A stretch of 64,000 nt of DNA from Saprospiraceae bacterium (GTDB lineage: Bacteria; Bacteroidota; Bacteroidia; Chitinophagales; Saprospiraceae): positions 58,352 through 122,351 of the forward strand of contig JAHDGF010000004.1 of assembly GCA_020627785.1 (NCBI GenBank), written 5' to 3'. The notes beneath the pieces were generated by a model. That model was not told the origin of the DNA and searched no databases. It was given only the letters and a program-made list of their open reading frames with translations. Of the stretch, positions 17,139 through 25,717 are shown one piece after another. Position numbers and translations under genes: made by a program. Within the stretch, counting starts at the first letter, position 1. The number at the start of each line of letters is the position of its first letter.

Positions 17139-17198
17139 TTAGCCCCTGAATCCAGATTCAATTCTCAGCCACCAGCACGTTGTATTTAATATTGTCAT
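17139..17198 (-). CDS. candidate trp leader peptide MTILNTTCWWLRIESGFRG (19 codons, tandem Trp)
   Basis: My own translation of the minus strand: ATG at 17198, TGG TGG at 17174-17169, TAA at 17141-17139. It lies between a promoter-like motif and the terminator, directly upstream of trpE. Too short for the ORF track. Confidence 0.5.
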   Translation of the reverse strand: MTILNTTCWWLRIESGFRG

Positions 17199-17202
17199 GA
17201 TT

Positions 17203-17234
17203 CAAATATATGTTTTTTCTCAATTAGGGTCAAA
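17203..17234 (-). promoter_or_regulatory. candidate promoter (TTTG-N20-TATATTTG) for the trp leader and operon
   Basis: On the minus strand, TTTG lies at 17234-17231 and TATATTTG at 17210-17203. The -7 element ends only 4 nt before the leader ATG. Confidence 0.3.
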
Positions 17235-17297
17235 GAAATTTCTTTTAAACCTTGCTTCAACAAACTTTGGAATTTATAACTAGTTGATTGACAAGGT

Positions 17298-20200
17298 TTA
17301 ACCATTTCCTTTTTTCTTTTTGAATGGGTCCCAGCCCTTTAATTTATCCTTTAACTTGTCTATTTCTTCCTGACTTTTACCGTTTAGCACATCATCTACT
17401 TTCGAGTTAATCTTTCCGGCCAATGTATCTGCTAATACACCACCTACCGCAGAATCTATGACTGATCCAGCTTTTTCCTTTAATTTTTCTTTACCCTTTT
17501 CAACAAGTTTGTCCTTTTCCTCATTAATTTTTTCCTTTGTCTTATCCACTTGCTTATCCACTTCCGCTAAAACGGTATCCTTTGCAGCATCTGACTTTTC
17601 TTTCATGACTCGTTTTATACTATCCTTAGCTGTCTCCACAACTTTTGTAGCTTGCGCCTTAGCGACATCTTTTACTGATTGACCTCCAGAACCTTTTGGA
17701 ATAATCTTGACTTTAGGATCAGTTAACTTGCCTGTTAAGTAGATATCAACATAGATGAAATCTCCAACTGACAAATCAATTCCTTTTTTAGAAGCTTCAT
17801 TGGTCAAGAAATCTAAGCCCTGCGATGCTTTTGAGCCTATACTTGTATTTGTTAATCTTTCTTTTGGAATTACTCCTTTGATCATATAATCTAGTTCTTG
17901 CTCTAGACTATGCTTGCCTCCAGCGGTAAACTTCATATCCTCAACATCAAAATCAAATGCTTTAACCTCTACAAATCCATCTTTTACTTCAAACCAGTTT
18001 TTAGTGTCCTCAATTTTAAAATTTTTAAGTTTGTTAATGCCTAGTGCGTCTCCAACCTTTTCTAATGGCAGCATACCTTTTACTGCACCATTGAGTGTGT
18101 GAATAAATCCATCCGCACTTAGAGAATTCCAGGAAGGCATCATGTTGGGTTGGAGCTTACCAGAAAAGGTAAGGGTAGAATTGAATAGACCATCGATGAA
18201 TTTTCCCACTGGCGCCAACATTTTAAAACTCTCAATCGCTGCAAAACTTTTAGACCATTGCATGCCATTTAAGTCATATTTCATGTCAAACGCAGGTTCT
18301 TTTGTTGGGTCCGAACTGTCATATAATCCATCCATCTTCACTGTTCCATCCAAGACCTTGCCTTGTATTCCTCGGAAGAAAGCAGCTCCATCATTCATCT
18401 CAATCGTTCCTTTCAAATTATCGAATTCGAGACCATCATAGATGATTTTTTTAAAATTCCCTGTGATGTATGTTTGAATGTTTGAAGGTAAAATTAAGGC
18501 CTCCTCTTCGCCTGAAGTACTTTCAGTATTTTCACTGTATCCAAGAAGCTGATATACATCTATTACGCCCCCTGAAACATTCATTTTACCATCCAAATCT
18601 TTTAAGCCTGAGCTATAATCTAAGGCATCTACGATTGTCCCATTGAAGTTTACTGTTTGGTCGTTTATTGTAGTTTTACTTGGTTTTAAGGTGATGATGT
18701 TTTCTTTTACTGCTCCCTTAGTATTAAGGTTCGTAATTTTATAATCGGGGTATTCAATTCTATCCGCTGACACATCAAATTCAAAATTCTTAAACATTTT
18801 TGAATAATCTGTGAAGTCTTGAGGTGCTCCTGAAGTGGTCGCAGTTTGAGATACTTCTTCATTTAAATAAGGAGTAAGGTCAACAACTTTTGATCTTAAG
18901 ACAACCTTTCCTTCAAGGTCTTTCCCTGACAATAAATAATTGACAGGGTTATTAAGATCAAGATCCATGGTCAGGTCAGACTTACCCATACTTCCCTGAA
19001 GTTGCTTGACGCCTATTGCCTTTGGGTTAAAGTTGATTTGTGATTTATTTATCTTTATGTCTTTGTAATCTCCATAGTCGAAAGCAATATTGTCTGCAAT
19101 CATATTTCCGTCAAAAGTGACGGCATTTAAATTTTGTGCTTCAAAATCAGAGGCCTTGCCTTTAAGAATAATGTCTCCTTCAATGTTTCCTTCCTTGATT
19201 TGATATTCTTCAGAAGAAACCATTTTTGAAATTGAATTAAGATCGAGCGCCCCAGAAGCATCTAAATCAACCAGTGGATCAGACATTACCTGATCTACTT
19301 TAAGTTTACCAGAAAAAGGTTTGCCCAAAGTGCTTAACGAAAAATTTGGAAGGTCGACAGATAGGTCATCCCATGAGCCTTCTTTTGCTTTAGCCGATAG
19401 ATCTAAATTAATGTCTGTGATGGGCGCTGGTAGATCAGTGCTGGAGAATTTTCCATTGGCAACATTCATGGTAAGGTCAAGGGAAGGAAGTGTATTTTTG
19501 TCACCATTATATTTTCCTTTGATCGTTGTATTAAAGCTTGCTTTTCCGCTCGAGGCAAATGAAGGTAAACTCTTGTAATAAGCGGATGGTAACAAGGAAA
19601 GAAGATTGGTTATCTCTTCGCCCTTTGAGTTTATACTCAAATCAAGCATCATATCCTCATTCAACAATTGAACGTAGCCCCCCATGTCCAAAATCAAATC
19701 ATGTATCTTAATTTCATTTTTTCCTAAGGTGTATTTATTTTGTTTCATATCTACTTCTACATCAAGTGGCCCAGAAATTTCCGCATTTTTAAGATAGTTG
19801 GTGCCAGCTGAGTTAAGGGTAACTGAAGCAATATTATTTTGGGTCTTTAAGGTGAAGGCATCCAAACTGAAATCACCTTTTCCTTCTTGGTTAAAACCTC
19901 TTAATTGAGTAGCTAACTGACTACTTGCATCCGAATAGCTAATGTTCCCTTCAGATATTTCGTAACTTTGAAGATCAAGGGAAATATTACTTGAACTTTG
20001 TGAAGTGCCATCTGATGGTTTAGTTATATCATAGTTTGCTGAACCTGTTTCATTGACAACTAAATTTATCTCAGGCTTGATTAGTGCAAGATGTTTGATA
20101 GAAATCTGGTCATTAGACCACAATGATTTTAGATTCGTTGCCACATTGACTTCCTTGGCCGAGAATAAATTTATTCCATCAAACGCTCCTTTGCCAGTAA

Positions 20201-20411
20201 GCTGGATGTCCTTTAGACTAACTTGAGCATTAGGAAAGGCTTTAAAAAGACTTATGGAAACATTTTCAAAGCTAAGGTCCGCTTCTATTTGTTCATTGGC
20301 ATATTTTTCGACCTCTGCGATGATTTCATCTTTGAATAGAAAAGGGACAAGAATCATGGCAATGATGATACCTATCAAGAATAAGAATAGAAATTTTAAA
20401 ATGCGTTTCAT
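17298..20411 (-). CDS. AsmA-family outer-membrane assembly protein
   Basis: N-terminal membrane anchor (FLFLFLIGIIIAMILVPFLF), 1037 aa of beta-rich repetitive sequence, and a Lys/Glu-rich C-terminal tail. The architecture is typical of the AsmA family. Confidence 0.7.
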   Translation of the reverse strand: MKRILKFLFLFLIGIIIAMILVPFLFKDEIIAEVEKYANEQIEADLSFENVSISLFKAFPNAQVSLKDIQLTGKGAFDGINLFSAKEVNVATNLKSLWSNDQISIKHLALIKPEINLVVNETGSANYDITKPSDGTSQSSSNISLDLQSYEISEGNISYSDASSQLATQLRGFNQEGKGDFSLDAFTLKTQNNIASVTLNSAGTNYLKNAEISGPLDVEVDMKQNKYTLGKNEIKIHDLILDMGGYVQLLNEDMMLDLSINSKGEEITNLLSLLPSAYYKSLPSFASSGKASFNTTIKGKYNGDKNTLPSLDLTMNVANGKFSSTDLPAPITDINLDLSAKAKEGSWDDLSVDLPNFSLSTLGKPFSGKLKVDQVMSDPLVDLDASGALDLNSISKMVSSEEYQIKEGNIEGDIILKGKASDFEAQNLNAVTFDGNMIADNIAFDYGDYKDIKINKSQINFNPKAIGVKQLQGSMGKSDLTMDLDLNNPVNYLLSGKDLEGKVVLRSKVVDLTPYLNEEVSQTATTSGAPQDFTDYSKMFKNFEFDVSADRIEYPDYKITNLNTKGAVKENIITLKPSKTTINDQTVNFNGTIVDALDYSSGLKDLDGKMNVSGGVIDVYQLLGYSENTESTSGEEEALILPSNIQTYITGNFKKIIYDGLEFDNLKGTIEMNDGAAFFRGIQGKVLDGTVKMDGLYDSSDPTKEPAFDMKYDLNGMQWSKSFAAIESFKMLAPVGKFIDGLFNSTLTFSGKLQPNMMPSWNSLSADGFIHTLNGAVKGMLPLEKVGDALGINKLKNFKIEDTKNWFEVKDGFVEVKAFDFDVEDMKFTAGGKHSLEQELDYMIKGVIPKERLTNTSIGSKASQGLDFLTNEASKKGIDLSVGDFIYVDIYLTGKLTDPKVKIIPKGSGGQSVKDVAKAQATKVVETAKDSIKRVMKEKSDAAKDTVLAEVDKQVDKTKEKINEEKDKLVEKGKEKLKEKAGSVIDSAVGGVLADTLAGKINSKVDDVLNGKSQEEIDKLKDKLKGWDPFKKKKGNG

Positions 20412-20506
20412 TTTAATGCTTTATTAGAGAACGATTGGTCGAGTAAAAAGTGCGAAAATTTGAATTTTCTTATCTAGAAATAACAGTTTTTTAAGGAATA
20501 TTAGTG

Positions 20507-21634
20507 CTAAATGTCAAGTATCTTGTTGTAATAAGCTTGTTCAGTGATCTTTGACCAGGCTTTATTTCTGTTCATGAATTTGAGGTAACTCTCATAAACT
20601 TTTTTAGCCATTGGGTCAGAGCCTATGAGTTCATCAATGGCTTCTTTTGAGTATTTCTTGAGATATTTAAGAACTTCATCAGGAAACTCCTTTAGTGTAA
20701 CCCCTTCCTCGTTGATTAGTTTTTCTAGGTACAAGCCATTTTGGGCATCAAATTCTGCGAGCATCCAAGCTTGAACTCTGAGGGTTGCCGTATGAATTAT
20801 TTCTTGCAGATCTTTTGGTAGTTTCTCCCATGCTTTAGCATTAACGATAAATTCCAACTGGGTTCCTGCTTCATGCCAACCTGGCGTGTAATAAAATTTT
20901 GCCGCCTTGTGAAGCCCTAATTTATAATCATGGTAAGGACCAACCCATTCTGTGGCATCTATGACTCCTCTTTCGAGGTTTGTAAAAATTTCACCCGCTG
21001 CAACATTCACTGCGGCACCACCGGCTTTTTCTAATGCCTTTCCTGCTAGTCCTGGGATTCTCATTTTAAGACCCTTTAGGTCTTCAATAGAATTGATTTC
21101 TTTATTGAACCAACCACCCATTTGCACGCCAGTGTTACCACCTACGAAAGGAATTAAGTCAAATGGTTTATATACTTCCTTCCAGAGATTCATTCCTTCT
21201 TGATCTCCACCTATTAACCAAGATAATGCTTGTTGGGCATTCATCCCAAAAGGTATGGTCGCAAAAAATACTGCTGCTGGTTTTTTTCCTTGCCAATAAT
21301 AAGAACAACCTCCTCCCATTTCTGTGACACCCATTGAAACTGCATCAAAGGTTTCATAGCCTGGTACCAATTCTCCACTCCCGAAAATTTTAATGTTCAT
21401 CCTCCCATTCGACATTTCAGAGACCCACTTGGCTAATAAGTTTGCAGACTCTCCAAAGACTGGAAAATTTTTCCCCCATACGGTTGTTAATCTCCACTCA
21501 TACGTTTTATTGAAATTTATAATTGGGATTTCTGCGTCTTTCTGTGGTTCACTATTGCAAGATATTAAGGAGCTGGTCGTTCCAATGGCTGCCGTTCCAA
21601 GTATTCCTTTTTTTATAAATTCTTTCCTTTTCAT
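20507..21634 (-). CDS. TRAP transporter substrate-binding protein (DctP-type, COG4663-like)
   Basis: Tat-like/lipoprotein signal (KRKEFIKKGILGTAAIGTTSSLISC). DctP-fold length with adjacent DctM and DctQ genes. Confidence 0.85.
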   Translation of the reverse strand: MKRKEFIKKGILGTAAIGTTSSLISCNSEPQKDAEIPIINFNKTYEWRLTTVWGKNFPVFGESANLLAKWVSEMSNGRMNIKIFGSGELVPGYETFDAVSMGVTEMGGGCSYYWQGKKPAAVFFATIPFGMNAQQALSWLIGGDQEGMNLWKEVYKPFDLIPFVGGNTGVQMGGWFNKEINSIEDLKGLKMRIPGLAGKALEKAGGAAVNVAAGEIFTNLERGVIDATEWVGPYHDYKLGLHKAAKFYYTPGWHEAGTQLEFIVNAKAWEKLPKDLQEIIHTATLRVQAWMLAEFDAQNGLYLEKLINEEGVTLKEFPDEVLKYLKKYSKEAIDELIGSDPMAKKVYESYLKFMNRNKAWSKITEQAYYNKILDI

Positions 21635-21636
21635 CT

Positions 21637-22986
21637 TTAATTTTTGAAGATGTAAATCAGTTCAGGGAAAATTATAATCAGCGCAAGTAAAACTACTTGT
21701 ATCACGATATATGGCAATATTCCTCGGTAAATCATTTTTGTCGTTACTTCCTTTGGAGCGACACCCTTTAAATAAAAAAGTGAAAACCCGAATGGTGGCG
21801 TTAAAAAAGAAGTTTGCAGATTTAAAGCCATCAGAATTCCAATCCATAACATGTCAATTTCATAGATGTCAAAAACTGGAGTTATGACAGGAACAAATAT
21901 GAAAATGATTTCTATAAAGTCTATAAAGAATCCCACAATGAAAATGATAATCATGACCATCGCTAGAAATAGATGTGGGGACAAATCAGCAGAAGTAATC
22001 AACTCTATTAAATATTCATCACCTCCTAAGATCCGAAACACCAAAGTAAAGGTTGTTGCTCCAAGTAATATAAAGAAAACCATAGAGCATAGAATGGTAG
22101 TTTGTCGCATAACCTGCTGCAAAACTTCCCGTGTAAATTTCTTCTGAAGAATGGTCAATAAGGTTGCTCCCATCGCACCTACGGCGGCTGCTTCTGTTGG
22201 CGAAGCTATCCCTTGAAAAATTGATCCAAGTACAGCGATGATTAAAAGAAGAGGAAGTAAAAATGCCTTGATTACTCGGCCTGTAAATCCTGGACCTTTC
22301 ATGGCTTGAATTTCTTCGTCCGGCATTGCAGGAGCCCATTCTGGTTTTATTATGCTGACAAAAACGATGTACATGATATAACAAAATACAAGGCAAAAGC
22401 CAGGCAGTATGGCCGCTTGAAATAATGAGCCTACATCAACTAAATTTTTACCTCTTGTACTGCTACTGATTTGTTCCGCCAAAAGTATTAGAACTACTGA
22501 TGGTGGAATGATCTGACCTAATGTTCCAGAAGAAGCAATTACTCCAGCAGCTAGTTCAGGTTTATAGCCTCTTTTTAACATCGTCGGTAAACTAATTAAA
22601 CCCATTGTAATAACTGTTGCTCCTACAATGCCAGTTGAGGCAGCCAAGAGTGCACCAACGATTACTACAGAAATAGCAAGGCCTCCTCTAAATTTACCAA
22701 ATAAAATGGCCATGGTTTCCAACAGACTTTCGGCAAGTCCAGATTTTTCCAACATGATTCCCATAAAAATGAAAAGTGGTACAGCCATCAACATGGTATT
22801 GGTAATGGTGCCCATAAATCGGAAGGGGAGTATAAAGAAATCTGAGAGTCGAATTATATCTGGGAAAATGAATGATACTATTAATGCAAATAAAATCGAA
22901 ACTCCACCTAAGGTGAATGCGACAGGAAAGCCTCTTAGAATTAAAGCAAAAATTAAAAGGAATAATATGATGGCAAGTATTCCCAT
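21637..22986 (-). CDS. TRAP transporter large permease subunit
   Basis: 449 aa polytopic membrane protein with a DctM-like organisation. The 1-nt start/stop overlap with the small subunit gene fits a TRAP operon. Confidence 0.88.
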   Translation of the reverse strand: MGILAIILFLLIFALILRGFPVAFTLGGVSILFALIVSFIFPDIIRLSDFFILPFRFMGTITNTMLMAVPLFIFMGIMLEKSGLAESLLETMAILFGKFRGGLAISVVIVGALLAASTGIVGATVITMGLISLPTMLKRGYKPELAAGVIASSGTLGQIIPPSVVLILLAEQISSSTRGKNLVDVGSLFQAAILPGFCLVFCYIMYIVFVSIIKPEWAPAMPDEEIQAMKGPGFTGRVIKAFLLPLLLIIAVLGSIFQGIASPTEAAAVGAMGATLLTILQKKFTREVLQQVMRQTTILCSMVFFILLGATTFTLVFRILGGDEYLIELITSADLSPHLFLAMVMIIIFIVGFFIDFIEIIFIFVPVITPVFDIYEIDMLWIGILMALNLQTSFLTPPFGFSLFYLKGVAPKEVTTKMIYRGILPYIVIQVVLLALIIIFPELIYIFKN

Positions 22987-23540
22987 TAAGTGGTCTCAGC
23001 TACGAATTTGCCATTAATGATGAGTATAGATCTCAAGCTTAACGAAATGGCTTGTAATAAAAGTAAAACAAATCCTATGACTACAATTGATTTTAGAAGA
23101 TATACCGCAGGTAATCCTCCAGGTTGTTGAGAAACCTCTCCTATGCGCCAAGAAATCAGTGCATATTTATATGATCCTAGAATGGCTATGATGCACCAAG
23201 GAATCAGAAAAAAAAGGCAACCAAATAAATTTGTCCATGCTTTTTTCTGAGGACTCCAATTGCTGTAAAAAACGTCTACACGCACATGCTTGTCATATTT
23301 TAACGCGTAGCCAGATGCGAGTAAGAAGGAAGCTGCGAAGAAATATATTTCCAACTCAACCATCCAAATGATGGACTTAGAAAATAAATACCTGAAAACT
23401 ACTTCAATGCAAATTAAGATAACCATGAATAGGGTAGCCCAAGAACAAAGTCTACCTGCAAACTCGTTGATGGCATCCAATACATTGACTAATTTTTGCA
23501 CTAAAAATATTTTAATCAAATATATAGAAACAATGCTCAA
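22986..23540 (-). CDS. TRAP transporter small permease subunit
   Basis: About 180 aa, four predicted TM helices, upstream of DctM. The track start is TTG; a GTG at 23501 is an alternative start. Confidence 0.72.
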   Translation of the reverse strand: MSIVSIYLIKIFLVQKLVNVLDAINEFAGRLCSWATLFMVILICIEVVFRYLFSKSIIWMVELEIYFFAASFLLASGYALKYDKHVRVDVFYSNWSPQKKAWTNLFGCLFFLIPWCIIAILGSYKYALISWRIGEVSQQPGGLPAVYLLKSIVVIGFVLLLLQAISLSLRSILIINGKFVAETT

Positions 23541-23628
23541 AAATGGTCACAGCTACGCTTCTTTAGGTTTAAAAATTCAACTCCCCAATTCTTAACTTCG
23601 TGTAATACTTTTAAACCATCTTTGCAAC

Positions 23629-24039
23629 ATGATTTCAGAAGAAAATAAGCATAGCGAAAGGTCTGTAATTCTTCATTCCATAAGACCTGATTTAGAACTA
23701 TTGACGAAAGAAAGTCAAACCTTTGAGTATTTTCAGAATCAGGTCATTCGGCCCATTTTAAAGTTTCAGAACGAATTGTTCTTGTTATCCTTTAGGGAGT
23801 CTAAACAATTCCAGCAGCACATGAATAAGGTTGACAAAACTAATCGCTTATTCATTGAGCAAGCCATTGCAGACTTTATTAACACCAACAACTCATTTAA
23901 AAATAGGATGTATGGATATATTCTAGGATTAATGACCACGAAAGAATTTGGAGAATATCTAAAAGGGGAATCAGAGTATAACAAGCGCATTCGGACAATG
24001 TTGGTAAAACGTGTACACGGTCAATTATATCAAGAATGA
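23629..24039 (+). CDS. hypothetical protein (136 aa)
   Basis: Clean ATG ORF, helical composition, no family recognised. It ends 16 nt upstream of the ABC ATPase gene. Confidence 0.5.
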   Translation: MISEENKHSERSVILHSIRPDLELLTKESQTFEYFQNQVIRPILKFQNELFLLSFRESKQFQQHMNKVDKTNRLFIEQAIADFINTNNSFKNRMYGYILGLMTTKEFGEYLKGESEYNKRIRTMLVKRVHGQLYQE

Positions 24040-24055
24040 TTATTAACTTTAGGTA

Positions 24056-25717
24056 ATGATTGATAATTCTGTGATTTTAGAAATCAAAGGTTTAAATACT
24101 AGTTTTACTCAGCCAAAAGGAGAGAACCTAGTTGTGCAAGATCTTGATTTGACTCTTCGAAGAGGAGAAATTCTTGGCATCGTGGGAGAGTCTGGTTCAG
24201 GTAAATCCGTTACCGTTCTTTCCGTCTTAAAATTGTTGCCTTCAAAAACTTCTAAAATTAAAGGCGAAATAAATTTTGCCAATAAGAATCTTGTTGATTT
24301 ATCAGAAGAAGAAATTAGGCATTTTAGAGGGAATAAAATTTCTATGATTTTTCAAGAGCCAATGAGTTCCTTAAATCCAACCATGAAGTTAGGAGCACAG
24401 GTTCAGGAAATGATAGAAATTCATAGTACACTACGGGGGGACGAGGCTAAAAATAAGGTCTTAGAGTTATTTAAAAAAGTAAAACTTTCTGATCCGGAAA
24501 GATTTTATAAAAGCTATCCTCATCAGGCATCTGGTGGACAGCTTCAGCGAGTCATGATTGCTATGGCCATTAGTGCAGATCCAGAGATACTTATAGCAGA
24601 TGAGCCTACAACAGCCTTGGATGTTACTGTTGCAAATGAGATTCTTGAATTGCTGAAATCTATTCAAAAGGAACTCAATACTGCCACTATATTTATTTCA
24701 CATGATTTACACCTGGTCAAAAATTTATGCAATCAGGTTATTGTGATGAAGGATGGACAAATTGTAGAGTCAGGAGAAACAAAAAAAGTGTTCGATGATC
24801 CTAAGCATCCATATACCAAAGGTCTTTTAAATTGTCGCCCTCAATCGAATTTTCATTTGAATCGTTTGCCAACGGTTGAAAATTATCTGAATGATGAAGT
24901 TCCCACCGGCTTAAAGCGAACGTCAAAGGAATTTTCAACAATCATACTTGAAGGTAAAAATTTAGTAAAGCATTTTCCATTAAAGAAAAATTGGCTAGGG
25001 AAACCAGTCACCTTCACGAAAGCGGTTGATGGTGTGGACCTAACTCTTCGACAGGGTGAGATACTTGGTTTGGTCGGTGAATCTGGATGTGGGAAGTCAA
25101 CGCTAGGCAAAATTTTATCTAATCAAATAATACCCACTGATGGATCCGTATTATTTGCAGGCAAAGATATTGTTAGCCTAAAAGGCGAAGATTTACGAAA
25201 GCACAGGACGAATGTTCAAATGATTTTCCAAAATCCATTTGACTCTTTAAATCCGAGGATGAAAATTGGTGAAGCCATACTTGAGCCTATGATCAGTCAT
25301 AAGCTATACGATAAAGTTACTGCTAGAAATAGGGTCAATGATTTACTCGAACAAACGGGTCTTTTACCAGAACAATATGATCGTTATCCTCATGAGTTTT
25401 CTGGTGGTCAGCGACAGCGTATTTCCATTGCAAGAGCCTTATCTATTTCTCCAAAAGTCTTGATATGTGATGAGTCTATTGCTGCATTAGATGTTTCAAT
25501 TCAGGCGCAGATAATAAATCTTTTATTAGATCTTAGAGATCAATTGAAGTTGTCAATTTTATTCATTTCTCATGACTTAGCCTCCGTCAGATTTATTTGT
25601 GATAATATTGCCGTGATGTATGACGGTAAGATTGTGGAAGTCGGAAATGCCACGGACATCTATGAAAATCCATCGCATCCTTATACTCAGAAATTGCTAG
25701 CCTCCGTGAATTTTTAA
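24056..25717 (+). CDS. ABC transporter ATP-binding protein with two fused NBDs (DppD/DppF-like, oligo_HPY tails)
   Basis: Two Walker A motifs (GESGSGKS, GESGCGKS), two signature motifs (ASGGQLQR, FSGGQRQR), two Walker B motifs (LIADEPT, LICDES), and HPYT motifs after each NBD. Confidence 0.9.
   Translation: MIDNSVILEIKGLNTSFTQPKGENLVVQDLDLTLRRGEILGIVGESGSGKSVTVLSVLKLLPSKTSKIKGEINFANKNLVDLSEEEIRHFRGNKISMIFQEPMSSLNPTMKLGAQVQEMIEIHSTLRGDEAKNKVLELFKKVKLSDPERFYKSYPHQASGGQLQRVMIAMAISADPEILIADEPTTALDVTVANEILELLKSIQKELNTATIFISHDLHLVKNLCNQVIVMKDGQIVESGETKKVFDDPKHPYTKGLLNCRPQSNFHLNRLPTVENYLNDEVPTGLKRTSKEFSTIILEGKNLVKHFPLKKNWLGKPVTFTKAVDGVDLTLRQGEILGLVGESGCGKSTLGKILSNQIIPTDGSVLFAGKDIVSLKGEDLRKHRTNVQMIFQNPFDSLNPRMKIGEAILEPMISHKLYDKVTARNRVNDLLEQTGLLPEQYDRYPHEFSGGQRQRISIARALSISPKVLICDESIAALDVSIQAQIINLLLDLRDQLKLSILFISHDLASVRFICDNIAVMYDGKIVEVGNATDIYENPSHPYTQKLLASVNF

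Noticed and set aside
17068-17297. Alternative trp regulation modes in the leader: T-box, or TRAP-type (G/U)AG triplet repeats
   Set aside because: There is no specifier-loop or T-box sequence and no series of spaced GAG/UAG triplets. The leader is too short for a T-box.
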